From positions 106,250-170,249 of the IMG/VR virus record IMGVR_UViG_3300021400_000028: 64,000 bases of DNA; one strand, 5' to 3'. Source of the DNA: a virus. Its lineage: Duplodnaviria > Heunggongvirae > Uroviricota > Caudoviricetes. Of this stretch, positions 41,903-52,795 are shown piece after piece (within the stretch, counting starts at the first letter, position 1; each line of letters starts with the position of its first letter). The notes below the pieces were generated by a model. That model saw only the letters and a program-made list of their open reading frames with translations. It was not told the origin of the DNA and did no database searches. Position numbers and translations under genes: made by a program.

Positions 41903-42728
41903 TTAGGCATTTTCAATAGGATAGCTAAATGCGTTATAAGAACCAATAACCAAATTAGGAATGATTCTTTTAATCTCATCTGACCAATTATCTTCTGCTG
42001 AAACAACATTCATATCAAGAAGCTGCTCCCAATTGGTTTCGTGCAATCTATAACATCCATGTTCAACGTGGATATGATAAACATCCCACATTTCAGAAAC
42101 TTTAGCAAGAATCTCAGAAACAGTTAAGTCTCTCTCAGTAGAATCACCAATATACTTCTTAATCATTGCTTCTGGAACATGTTTATGAACAGGTTCGTCT
42201 GAGATAGTAATAAGAACACCTTTTTTTACCTCTCTTTTCAAAAGAATCGGTTTTCATATGATTCGCTGCAACATACCAGACCAATTCAGCGTCTTCGCCT
42301 CCATTACCACCGCCTAAACCTTCTAGATAAATCACTTTAAGCCATTTTTCCATTAATTCATCAGAGGATTCAAATTCTCCAACCTGAATTGGTGCTTCTT
42401 CATATAATCTTTGTCCATCACCGAATCCACAAAAACAAACCTGAGGATGTTCAATTCCAGCATCCATAATTGCCTTAATAATATCTGGAAAAGTTTCTTT
42501 AATTAGATCTTCAGGAATCATTCCCATAGAACCAGTCTCATCAAGAGCAATAATTATAGGAAATGAATTAGGATGTTCTTCACTATCACGAGATTCTCTA
42601 ATTGGCTTTTTTCTAATATCCATTTCTGGATCTAAATGAGCCTGCCTAAAGATTTCTTCGCGAGTTTTCAAGGAGTAGTCTTTACTCCTTGAACTCGCAG
42701 AAATGTAACTATAACTTCCACCACCCAT
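41903..42728 (-). CDS. von Willebrand factor A (vWA) domain protein, apparently frameshifted at an A7 run (~42221-42227)
   Basis: MIDAS motif IIALDETGSMG. Track ORFs 42183..42728 and 41903..42241 overlap in different frames across a poly-A run; either a programmed shift or a homopolymer error. Confidence 0.5.
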
Positions 42729-42730
42729 AA

Positions 42731-43771
42731 TTATTCAGCGTTAAGTGCGGTCTTAATCTGATTAGCCAAGTCGGGGTTCTTTTTAAGATTTTCTACAAAT
42801 GCATTAACATCAAATGATGCAGTGGGCTTATCGTTCTCAACTTTAGGAGCGGTAATATTCTGGAAAGGATTCTGTCCACCCATCATCTGAGACATAGCCA
42901 TCAGAGAGAACATATCATTTCCGAAGCCTTCACCATCCTTATTAGCAAAAGCCATCATCATCAAAGGATTCATTGAATTACCGCCAAACATATTGTTTCC
43001 AGTAATTGCCTGAAGCATAAAGAGATCCTTCATATCGAATTCATTATCCTCATCGCACATAGCAAAGATAAGAGGATTGAACCCAGTTGTATTAAATGCA
43101 AATGCATTTACAAGAACACGAGTCATTGCCTGACCAAGAAGGAAATCCTGAACCTCCTGCTTATTATGGGTATAGCCAGTATAAGACAAAATCTTCAGAG
43201 AACCATCAGGATTCTTCATCATTACCTTACCATAACCATTACCATTCTTAACAATATCTCCAATCTGAACCTGAGAAGAAGGCTTATTGATAGAAAATAC
43301 AGGAAATTCAATCAGCATCTCACGAGGATACGACGTAAGAGTACCATCAGCCTTCATACCAATGTATTCGGAACCTACTGCAACACACAGTGTTCCATCC
43401 ATTGCCATCTTAACACCATCTTCACGTTCAGGATAATACTGAGACTTGTACTTGTCTACAATACCTGCAAACATAGAATTCTTTTTTGCCATTTCTTTTG
43501 ATTTGTTATTGTTTTTGTTTTCAACAGAGACTCCATTAACGAAGTCTACAACGAGATTTTTAAGGACAACCTCACTTCCATTACGAGTAATAGTTCGTTT
43601 ATCTCTCTGTTCAACAGAGATTACCTGCATAGCAGTTGCATAATTAGGACTCTGAAGAAGATCACCTTTCTTTACAGGTCCATCATAAATAAAAGCATAC
43701 TTTTTCTGCTGATTAGCTTCAAAAGCATTAAGTTTACGATTTGTGTAAACAACAGTAATTACTTGATACAT
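42731..43771 (-). CDS. hypothetical protein
   Basis: 346-aa uninterrupted ORF. Confidence 0.4.
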   Translation of the reverse strand: MYQVITVVYTNRKLNAFEANQQKKYAFIYDGPVKKGDLLQSPNYATAMQVISVEQRDKRTITRNGSEVVLKNLVVDFVNGVSVENKNNNKSKEMAKKNSMFAGIVDKYKSQYYPEREDGVKMAMDGTLCVAVGSEYIGMKADGTLTSYPREMLIEFPVFSINKPSSQVQIGDIVKNGNGYGKVMMKNPDGSLKILSYTGYTHNKQEVQDFLLGQAMTRVLVNAFAFNTTGFNPLIFAMCDEDNEFDMKDLFMLQAITGNNMFGGNSMNPLMMMAFANKDGEGFGNDMFSLMAMSQMMGGQNPFQNITAPKVENDKPTASFDVNAFVENLKKNPDLANQIKTALNAE

Positions 43772-43773
43772 TT

Positions 43774-44277
43774 TTAATTAATATAACGTATATTTTTTAA
43801 CATTTGGTCTTCTGAAATGATTTTTTCAATAAGTTCAGCATGATTAAATGCCCAATCATACTTATCTAATTCATTTACAGAAACCCATTCGACATCATCA
43901 ATTTCATTTGGTTCAGAACCTTCTGTACTTATTGTCTGCGATTTAAATGAAACACCTTTACAAACATATGTAAAAGTAATATTTTGTTTATTACTTTTCG
44001 GACTATCATCAATATGAAATAAATACATACATGTTTTATCAAGAGTTAAATTAGTTTCTTCTTTAACTTCTCTACAACATGCTTCTATAAGTGTTTCATT
44101 ATAATCCAAATAACCGCAAGGACAACACCACTTTCCAACTTCATCTGGACAGCCAGGTCCTCTTTTAACAGCAAGTACTCTTAATCCATTATCTTGACAA
44201 AAACAAATAGCACAAACTGCAACAGATCGACTAATCCAATATTCTTTGCCATCTACATTTACTGGAAAATTATTCAC
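43774..44277 (-). CDS. Nudix hydrolase
   Basis: Nudix box GYLDYNETLIEACCREVKEETNL (Gx5Ex7REVxEE). Confidence 0.6.
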   Translation of the reverse strand: MNNFPVNVDGKEYWISRSVAVCAICFCQDNGLRVLAVKRGPGCPDEVGKWCCPCGYLDYNETLIEACCREVKEETNLTLDKTCMYLFHIDDSPKSNKQNITFTYVCKGVSFKSQTISTEGSEPNEIDDVEWVSVNELDKYDWAFNHAELIEKIISEDQMLKNIRYIN

Positions 44278-44477
44278 GTTTTGTTTCTATTTTAAATTTG
44301 AACAAACAACTAATTAAAAGATTTAATCCAAACGCTTGCCAAAAAGTAATTGTCGGAAGATTAAAAATAACAGGCATTAACCAATTCCACAATAACATTA
44401 TTGGAAGTGCGAGTAATGTTACTAATATTATACATCCTATAATTACACCGCATATATAAGAAACGGTTTCTATAAAA

Positions 44478-45062
44478 TTATTCATGATTAAAATATAATA
44501 ATGTAGGATTATCTTTATGAATGTCTATATCTGGAAATTCTTCTTTAAATGCTTTAGAATCAAATTTATGAGTAATTAAATGGCATCCATGTAAAGTTGG
44601 AACAGAATATTCAATCATATCTGAATCATAATTCATTGCAAGCCATTGAATTACTTCTGTTGTTGAATTATCATCAATATCAATAATCCAAAGAATATCT
44701 TGTTTCTTTTCAGAATTAATTTTTCCAGCAGCAGATACAACAAGATTCTTTAAATGTTGATAGTTTCCATCCTGAAGAATTTGTGCGAGTTCTTTATTAA
44801 CCTGTAATGCTACATCTTCATAAGAACGACGATTAATTCTTATATAAACTCTAGAACCAGTTTCATTAGATAATCTTTTGATTTCAGGTTCAAGTCTATC
44901 ATAATCTTCAACAGAATTAATAAAATAAGTTTTTACAGTTCTATTATTTGCAGGAAAAGATTCATCATCTTTCTTTCTCTGTTGTAATTGAACCATATAA
45001 AACATACTTTTATCTAAGAAATTTAACTTGTTTCTCAAATAAGCAAAGTTATCTACTACCAT
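44478..45062 (-). CDS. hypothetical protein
   Basis: 194-aa ORF. Confidence 0.4.
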   Translation of the reverse strand: MVVDNFAYLRNKLNFLDKSMFYMVQLQQRKKDDESFPANNRTVKTYFINSVEDYDRLEPEIKRLSNETGSRVYIRINRRSYEDVALQVNKELAQILQDGNYQHLKNLVVSAAGKINSEKKQDILWIIDIDDNSTTEVIQWLAMNYDSDMIEYSVPTLHGCHLITHKFDSKAFKEEFPDIDIHKDNPTLLYFNHE

Positions 45063-45207
45063 AATGTTTTCTTCCCTTCTTTATATGCTTGATACCATTG
45101 AATTTGTTGTTCTGTTAAATTCTCAATCCAATCCTCAAAACACCTTAAATATTTTACATGATTGTTGAATTTCCATTCATGTAAAAGATATTCTTTTAAT
45201 TCCAAAT

Positions 45208-45654
45208 TCATTTTAGATTTTGTAATTTTGATTTATCAACGTCAAAATATTCGCCATTTATAAATTTATTAAAATCATAAATTTCATCAGCAGCAACTAA
45301 AGGCATAATTGAATTATCTGAATTCAAATCTGTACATAAAAGAAATATAGGAATTCCAAGTCCATAAGCCAATCCAAGCTCCCAAGCAGTACCAGAATCA
45401 GAATAATGCTTATCGTAAATAGCAATAACAATATCCGAATTTGTTAATGCGTTAACATCCATATTAAATACTGCTTCAGCCCAATCCCAATTAGACATTA
45501 ATTCACCATTTTCAATAAAATGTTCCATTGGATAAAAAAACTCAAAATCATTAAAATATGAATCGTTATTTAAAAATTCACGAAGTTTTTCAATTCTTTC
45601 TCGTTCTCCATCTTTAAAAAATGGACCTGCAACATAACATTTAAACTTTGACAT
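45208..45654 (-). CDS. nucleoside 2-deoxyribosyltransferase-like protein
   Basis: YVAGPFF and DSGTAWELGLAYGLGIP motifs of the Ndt/Rcl family. Confidence 0.6.
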   Translation of the reverse strand: MSKFKCYVAGPFFKDGERERIEKLREFLNNDSYFNDFEFFYPMEHFIENGELMSNWDWAEAVFNMDVNALTNSDIVIAIYDKHYSDSGTAWELGLAYGLGIPIFLLCTDLNSDNSIMPLVAADEIYDFNKFINGEYFDVDKSKLQNLK

Positions 45655-45662
45655 ATGATTTA

Positions 45663-46802
45663 TTAAAATATAAGTTCAAAATCATCAAGAGGTTCAAAAA
45701 GTTTAGAAGTCTCTTCTGATATATTCACCTTTTCATTAAACATTTCACACAATTCTTTATTATGATCATGCATAAATGCTACAGCAACATCTCTTGTTTC
45801 AGGTTTGACACTCCGATCGTATTTTAAGTAAATTTGATCAAATATTAACTTATCTGCAATATTATTAACAGTTCCACAAACTCTAATACTAAAAGTACAA
45901 TCTTCTGGATAAGTCATATGAAATGCAATATACTTTTTTTCTTTAATTCTATGATAATAATTAGTATATAAGCAATGATGCATATTCTTACCTTCTAAAA
46001 AGATATCTTTTTCTGTATTTAATAGTTTAATTGTATCTGTATTAATTACGTGTTCATAAATTGGCTTATCATCCTTTTTACTAAGCTCTCGTTCCATTAA
46101 TATTTGAATTTGCTTTTTATGTTCCTCTTCAAAACGTTTATCTGACCATTTAAAATCAATTATTTGATTTAATTTAACTGCAGATGTAAGAGTGTCATAT
46201 AGAAGACTATAATTATCAGCTTCAAAAAATCGTTCTATTGTATCATTTATATTTTTTGTAAAATAATAACAATCATAAATCGGAATGCCTCGAATATGAT
46301 TGCACACCCGTTTAACGTTTCTCCAACTTATACCTTTTATATTCCAAACTCTAGAAGCAACGGCTTTATAAAAAGTTTCTTCATTATAGATACTTTTTAT
46401 AACAATTCCTTTAATAATAGATGACCTATTACAATATGATTTAAAAACCTTTATATCTCTAAACCAATTAATACCTATTAATTTTAAAAAACTTACTATA
46501 AGACGCTCTGAAGCATTTTTTAATTTTACAGATTTAGAGTCAATATAAATAGATGATGCAGTAATTAACGACTTATAAAATCGATTACCTTTACGAGTAA
46601 GTTTATATGATGATATTACATAATAAACATGTCCGTCTTTAATAGATAAAACAGTTCTATCCCACGTAATACTTTTCATATATAAATCATACAATCCTTC
46701 GTATGACTTTTCTTTAAAATTAAAAGGCTGTTCATCTTTTATAAAAGATGCTACTGGAAACGTTTCAATAAATTTACGAAGTGTTGTTCTTTTTTGTTTC
46801 AT
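45663..46802 (-). CDS. hypothetical protein
   Basis: 379-aa ORF. Confidence 0.4.
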   Translation of the reverse strand: MKQKRTTLRKFIETFPVASFIKDEQPFNFKEKSYEGLYDLYMKSITWDRTVLSIKDGHVYYVISSYKLTRKGNRFYKSLITASSIYIDSKSVKLKNASERLIVSFLKLIGINWFRDIKVFKSYCNRSSIIKGIVIKSIYNEETFYKAVASRVWNIKGISWRNVKRVCNHIRGIPIYDCYYFTKNINDTIERFFEADNYSLLYDTLTSAVKLNQIIDFKWSDKRFEEEHKKQIQILMERELSKKDDKPIYEHVINTDTIKLLNTEKDIFLEGKNMHHCLYTNYYHRIKEKKYIAFHMTYPEDCTFSIRVCGTVNNIADKLIFDQIYLKYDRSVKPETRDVAVAFMHDHNKELCEMFNEKVNISEETSKLFEPLDDFELIF

Positions 46803-46822
46803 CTTTTTAAAACATTAAATCG

Positions 46823-46907
46823 CAGTAGGGAAGAGATTCGAACTCTTGGTACATTTCAGTACGATAGTTTTCAAGACTATTGATTTAAACCACTCATCCA
46901 CCCTACT
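46823..46907 (-). tRNA. tRNA-Ser(TGA)
   Basis: Type II tRNA: acceptor AGTAGGG/CCCTACT, D-arm GAT GAGTGGTTTAA ATC, anticodon stem ATAGT/ACTAT with loop CTTGAAA, variable arm GTAC TGAAAT GTAC, T-arm AAGAG TTCGAAT CTCTT. Confidence 0.8.
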
Positions 46908-47108
46908 TTTTATTAAATAACTTGTCTAATTTTACTGGAATCCAAAAAGCATACTTAGGATTTAATCCAAAATACCAAAACAAAACACAGATTGCAGTTA
47001 TTATGTTCCATCTACAATAATCAGAATGTTTTGCTTTAGTATCTACTACATAAAATCCTTTAAAAGGATATTTCTTAATAGTTATATATTTCATATTTTT
47101 ATAATTAG

Positions 47109-47181
47109 TCACGGTACTGGAATTTGAATCCAGGTTTCCAGAATGAAAATCTGAGGTCCTAGGCCACTAGACGATACCGTG
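47109..47181 (-). tRNA. tRNA-Glu(TTC)
   Basis: Close to the E. coli tRNA-Glu pattern: TC GTC TAGTGGCCTAG GAC, anticodon loop TTTTCAT, T-arm CTGGA TTCAAAT TCCAG, acceptor CACGGTA/TACCGTG. Confidence 0.8.
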
Positions 47182-47373
47182 TATAATTCGCCTTCTTGTT
47201 CAAGGAAGACTTGTAGAAATTAACTGTTAACGGATATATTTACTACCATATTATTACGCCACTGCTCACTATTTTCGGTGGGCTGCCAAGATTTTAGTCA
47301 TCTAACTACTGATTTTTGGAATCAGTTGAAACCTTTCCTAATTTTGAACAATACGCAGGAAAAACGCAATTTG

Positions 47374-47446
47374 TTGATGCCAGAAGACTCGAACTCCTAT
47401 TCTCAGAACCAAAATCTGATGTCTTAACCACTTAGACGAGGCATCA
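47374..47446 (-). tRNA. tRNA-Gln(TTG)
   Basis: Acceptor TGATGCC/GGCATCA, D-arm GTCT AAGTGGTTA AGAC, anticodon stem TCAGA/TCTGA with loop TTTTGGT, T-arm AGGAG TTCGAGT CTTCT. Confidence 0.8.
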
Positions 47447-47977
47447 GGCTGAAACACTATTGTTTCAATAGTGTTATTATATGTCTATACCCATTATTGT
47501 TAACGATCTGTACATTCCACAATAAGAATATCCGCGAGCGTATAGCATATCTGAACGATCTACACCAGCAAGAATTTTAATAGATGCTAATTTTTTACTA
47601 ACTCTACCTGATTTGGTCAAATTAAGATTATTCTTGACATACGTTTCAATCTTTGAAACAAGATCGTCAACAAGTTTCTTTTTTGTAAACTTATCAAAAT
47701 GTTTATAATTATGAATCTGCATCAGATTAACTGTAGCAATTCTATTAACTGGATCCCATTCCAAAGATACACGGTTAAAATAATCAGAATAATTTGAACC
47801 AAGTACCAAATTAGACTTAATAACTCGATCTTCTACCTTATAAAGGCAATCGTCATTACTTTTTGAAACCAAAATCATCTTTTTAATTTTTACAAAGTTA
47901 AAAAATATATTATTTAATTCCAAATTTATTCTGGAATATTTTTATGTTTTTGTTTGCGAGTATATTTTTTCTTGTTT

Positions 47978-48862
47978 TTATGAATTTTTGTTGGAATAAT
48001 TCCGAACACGTTCCTCGATACTTCTTTCATATTCTTTAGAAGTGCAGAGTGTGTTACCTTTCCAATAATTATCTTCGATTTGTTTTTTCGTTTCATCAGT
48101 ATTTATCTTAGATGGAACAATCAATCTAGTTTCTGGATAATATTCAAAAATCGCACGTGAATCAAGACAGGCACCTGATACCCTTGTCCTAACAAGACCA
48201 GTTTCATAAGATTGGGTATGTCCAAAAATTTGAAAACCAATCCAATCCTTTGAAGGATAGAACCCATAATGAAAATCACACCAAAGCGGTCCACCATATG
48301 GCGCTTCCCCACCACGATCACGACCTACACAGAAAATATCAGAATGTAAGAAACTTGAAAATCCATAACTAACAGCTTTATCATGTTCAAGTTCTATAGA
48401 GAATTCTTTATTTAAATAATCAACGATGTTATCTTCCGTTAGTTTAAAATCATTACCTGCATGTTTAAATCGCTTATTCATCATATCAATCCATCCCGCA
48501 CACAGTCCCGCATGCGTAAAAATGGTATTATCGATTTTTTTAGCTATCGAAAACAAGTCAATATTATCTCTAAATAGCTTATGTGCAGGTTCATAATACT
48601 TTTCTTCTGTACGAAAACAAACAATTGGAGAAAAGATTTCATTAAGATCGTGATTTCCAACTAAAAGAGTTACATTTTTATTATTTCTCGCAAATTCAAT
48701 AATTTCTTCTAAATTTTCAAGACCTTGTGCATCAGAAAATCCTTCATAATGATATGGATCTAAATAATCTCCAAGAAATACAACGAGTTCATCTTTTATA
48801 TTAAGAACAGGCTTATAAAAGGGTCTACAATGTACATCTGGAATAATGTATATTTTATGCAT
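47978..48862 (-). CDS. calcineurin-like metallophosphoesterase
   Basis: DVHCRP ... GDYLD ... GNHD phosphoesterase motifs. Confidence 0.7.
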   Translation of the reverse strand: MHKIYIIPDVHCRPFYKPVLNIKDELVVFLGDYLDPYHYEGFSDAQGLENLEEIIEFARNNKNVTLLVGNHDLNEIFSPIVCFRTEEKYYEPAHKLFRDNIDLFSIAKKIDNTIFTHAGLCAGWIDMMNKRFKHAGNDFKLTEDNIVDYLNKEFSIELEHDKAVSYGFSSFLHSDIFCVGRDRGGEAPYGGPLWCDFHYGFYPSKDWIGFQIFGHTQSYETGLVRTRVSGACLDSRAIFEYYPETRLIVPSKINTDETKKQIEDNYWKGNTLCTSKEYERSIEERVRNYSNKNS

Positions 48863-49081
48863 CTCCGATATATTTATATTTGGTTAATAAATCCCATAAA
48901 GACATCGTTCTATCAAATGGTTCTTCACTATAACGATATTTAACTCCATTTTCATTATAGGATATAATTATAATAGGTCTATCAGTATCTTTTTCTTTCC
49001 ATATTGTTCCATCTATATTAATTTCAATACGAATTGCGAACAATAATGTAAGAATTAATAACATAATCAAAATTGTAGTCA

Positions 49082-50221
49082 TTATAATTTAATTAAATTT
49101 GATTCTGGACTATAATTTTCATAAATGTCTTTAAAATTTAAACAAATATGTTCGGCAATAAATTTACCAATTCCTCTTAAAGACACATTCAAATGACATT
49201 CGTCTTTATTAACAAATGGAATAATTGGATTATTGTATTTATCTCTCTTTACACAATCACAATGTGTGACAACGAGATTGTAATCAACATCGTAATTATC
49301 CAAACAGTGTCTTTGAATGCCATTATTAATAATATCAAAATCTAAAATACCTTTTTTAAATCGACCTTGATACTCATTGTCTTTATTTGCTTCAAAAACA
49401 TCATAATTTATATTATTTAGATATTGTCTTGGCTCATATCCAGAACCATGTCTTGTCATATATGTTCTTGTTACAAGAAATACTTTCGGTTTATCATAAA
49501 TATCTTCAAAGAAGAAGAACGGATCTTTTAAATATGATTCATTGTGTGGAAATATTTCACAAGGAGTTATGTATGGCTTAAATCCACGATCTCCATCTAA
49601 CAACAAACCTTGAGCAGATTCAAAAATATACGTATCAAACTGCATTAAATTTGTTGGATACCAAACATGTTCTTTGACAAAATTAAAACAACGTAAAAAT
49701 TCTTCTTCTAATTCTTTATTTACAGACAAAGAATTCACTTTACGTGATTTATTGAGAATTTCAACTGGATCGTAATCTAAATAAAGCATCTGTTTAAATG
49801 CCCACCAAATTCCACATCCACATGTACCATTTTTAATAGATTCATCATCATTCTTATTAGCGATAACATGATATGGTGAAATAACAGTACAATCTGAACT
49901 AACATAAAATTCTGGAGTAATACCTTTTTGCGCTAGAACATCATATTCTGCTTTAAGTGCAATAGGATCTATAAGAGTCTGTTCATTTAAAGGATAAATA
50001 TATGTTGGAACTCCTAAAAGTGTACCAGAACCAAAAGATGAAAATGTATGCCAAATATTATTATGAACTACTGTGTGTCCGGCTTGTGGACCACTACAAT
50101 ATCTAATTACAAGAGGTTTTTCACCTCTTTTAATTGCTTCTTGACATAGATATTGTGTTGTAACTCCCTTACCTTCATCCCCAAAGTTCATTCCTACAAC
50201 GTATTGTATCTTCTTTTTCAT
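49082..50221 (-). CDS. adenylosuccinate synthetase homologue, short form (PurA/PurZ-like)
   Basis: 379 aa. P-loop NFGDEGKGVTT; SGPQAGHTV (PurA GGHNAGHT); FESAQGLLLDGDRGFKPYITP (PurA [21 protein letters not shown]). Shorter than bacterial PurA, as archaeal and PurZ enzymes are. Confidence 0.7.
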   Translation of the reverse strand: MKKKIQYVVGMNFGDEGKGVTTQYLCQEAIKRGEKPLVIRYCSGPQAGHTVVHNNIWHTFSSFGSGTLLGVPTYIYPLNEQTLIDPIALKAEYDVLAQKGITPEFYVSSDCTVISPYHVIANKNDDESIKNGTCGCGIWWAFKQMLYLDYDPVEILNKSRKVNSLSVNKELEEEFLRCFNFVKEHVWYPTNLMQFDTYIFESAQGLLLDGDRGFKPYITPCEIFPHNESYLKDPFFFFEDIYDKPKVFLVTRTYMTRHGSGYEPRQYLNNINYDVFEANKDNEYQGRFKKGILDFDIINNGIQRHCLDNYDVDYNLVVTHCDCVKRDKYNNPIIPFVNKDECHLNVSLRGIGKFIAEHICLNFKDIYENYSPESNLIKL

Positions 50222-50412
50222 AATAAATTAAAAATTCTCCCTACTCTTTGTGCAGTCAAATTTCAGGAGAATTTTCTTTTAAGAGATAGAATCTCCGCCG
50301 TTCCGCGTGCTCTGATGTACACCATTCACGGATTAGGCAGCCCTAATGGAGAAATGGGCATTTCCGTTTCCTTACAACTGCAATTTCAGTAAGTTATCGG
50401 ATTTTGTAAGAC
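50222..50412. other. GC-rich structured intergenic region between the paralogue-rich module and the purZ-like gene
   Basis: Inverted repeat AATTCTCC...GGAGAATT and a GC-rich segment CCGCCGTTCCGCGTGC...GGCAGCCC, unlike the flanking AT-rich DNA. Confidence 0.3.
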
Positions 50413-50676
50413 TTAAATTTCTATAGTAGATTCAAAAACAGAATCACCGCATTGTTCACAAGTATAAAGATACTTATAATCACCATAATAATCAATCAAT
50501 GTATCGATTATTATTTTAAGATTTGCTTCAGAATAGTTATTTTTAAACCAATCCAAGATTTTCAGATAATACTCTTTCTTTTTTGAATCGTCTAAATAAC
50601 TAATTTCTTCTCCATTAATATCTATTCCAGAAACAACACAACCTTCTGTTTTTACGATTTTTAATTTATCCTCCAT
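50413..50676 (-). CDS. hypothetical protein (GC-richer module)
   Basis: 87-aa ORF with C-terminal CEQCG. Confidence 0.35.
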   Translation of the reverse strand: MEDKLKIVKTEGCVVSGIDINGEEISYLDDSKKKEYYLKILDWFKNNYSEANLKIIIDTLIDYYGDYKYLYTCEQCGDSVFESTIEI

Positions 50677-52795
50677 AAAACTCCTTCTGTTGATATTGTG
50701 GACAATCCTTCACATCCAATCCATTCCTAGCGTACTTAACATCAAATCCACAACGAAGTCTTGATAAATAAGAATCATAACGAATACATAAATTCTTTTT
50801 ATGACAATTTTGTCCAGTACAATAATCTACATCAGTCATAAAACTATTCTTGTTTTAGTTGTTTGATAAGTTCGTTAGCATATTCAATAGCGAGTTTGAC
50901 AGCTTCTTCTTTACTAATAAGAAGATTTGCTCCTGCTTCATTTGTCCGATGCCAATTTATCATTGCTGGTAGTATATCCTTCGCCGCCTCTCTGCGGAAG
51001 GCAGACCAATCAGGTTCTTCCCATAGGTCAAAGCATTCAAGAGGAAGGACCTCCGACTTGTAATAGCCTCCGTTATTGAGCGGGCTTTCCGGGTCATAAG
51101 GAATGCCGTTTTCTTTGCAGTAATCTTCATCCGATTGCCAATATCCGAGCGTTTCTAATCCAATAAACTCTCCGTACGGACCAAATACTTCTTTGTACTC
51201 CTTCCATTCCTGTGTGCCTTTTTTTCTTGCTTTCATTTCTTTCTCTGTTCGTTAAATCTGCGAATAACATCTTCTGCTGTCCATCCGTTTGCCTTCCCGT
51301 ATTCATATAAGTTTACGAGTACCACGACATCTTCTGGAGTCAGCGCAAGATCTTTTGTAAGTTGCTTTATGTTTATGTAATATCCCTTTCCGTTCTCAAT
51401 TAACTCAATAACACACTCTATATCCTCGCCGTTCAACTTAATTGGAATATCACCTGTTGAAAGCATTGAAACTTTGGTTTGAATCCTTCTGATAAATTCA
51501 TTTGCTGTCATTATTCTTCCTCCATTGCTTTACGAAAATCATTTTCCCAAAGTCCAAATCCTATACACCCATCAGCATCGGGACCCCAAACATACTCGCG
51601 CCAATGTTCCCTAATCCATTTAGCAGCTCTATCCGTGGTGTCTTTTTCCGCCTGCTCGTAACCCCTCTGATAAAATGCCCTTTGCATACTTCGCTCTGAT
51701 TCAACTTCAATGTACTCATCCTTGTCTGCATAAGTTTCGGGCGGGTAATTAGGCAGGGCTCTGCTCGCCGCATCCTCTGCTCTTTTACTCATGACTCTCA
51801 TCCTCCTTGAATCCGGGAAGTTTTTCGAGGAAACTTAACTGAATAGAATGGTTCTTATAATAAAGAAATCCTTCGTAAATCCACCCGTCGCTATAAACAC
51901 CTCTACTTTCGTTCCACCTCGGCAAGTTCTTCATGGCAGCAGCCTTGCCCTGTTCTCTTGCTACCTCTGCGTATTCTTTAAGAACAATATCATTTGCAAA
52001 AAGTTCTTCGCGGGCGAGGGCAAGGAGTTCAGATGCAGTATCCTTTACAATACCATTGGAAACTGAGCTACAACCAGCACAAATAAATGCTCGTTTTATG
52101 GCTTTCTCAAACTCGCTCATTTCTTCCTCCGGCGTGACGATGAAAAGATTGTTCTCTTTTTCTCCGTATCCAACCCATCCGTCAACAGAATAGGATTCCA
52201 CAATAACCCGATTATCTTTCGTAAATTCAGCTGTAGCTATCGGGAAATCAGAAGGTAAATCCCAAGCAAGAATGCGAATGGGATTTCCTCCCTTTGTTTC
52301 CACCTTATATTCACCGCTTTCAATCTGTGGACGATATTTAATATCAAATGGTATTTTCATATCTCAAAGTATTATTTCGTGTTCAATTCCACAAATGTGC
52401 AAGGCGTTCTGGAGTTGGTGGACGTGGAGGATAAACAAGAACGTTGCGCTACCATATTCATCTGCATTAACCTCAATCGTATAACCACCGTCTTTTTGCT
52501 GCTGAAGTTCGAAAGGTGCTCTCAAGTTACTATACTTGTGGTATGTATTGAAACACCTCCACTCATTCTTCTCCAAGATTTCAGCCGTGAGGGGAATAGG
52601 CTCCACATTGAAAGCAACATCCGGCCATTCCGGGTCATAACCAGTCCCATAGAAGTCAACACAAAAATCGTCACGCTTATTTATGTAGTCATATTTCAGG
52701 TTGTTGACGCGACAAGGATGTTTCTCTCCATTATCATCAATAGCATACACCCAATCCCCAATCATAAGTTCATTTGCTTTCATCTTCTTTCTCTT

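Noticed and set aside
50222-50412. ZTP or purine riboswitch upstream of the purZ-like gene
   Set aside because: The GC-rich segment lacks the conserved pfl (GGGUCGUGAC...CCGCCUGGGCA) or purine-riboswitch junction motifs
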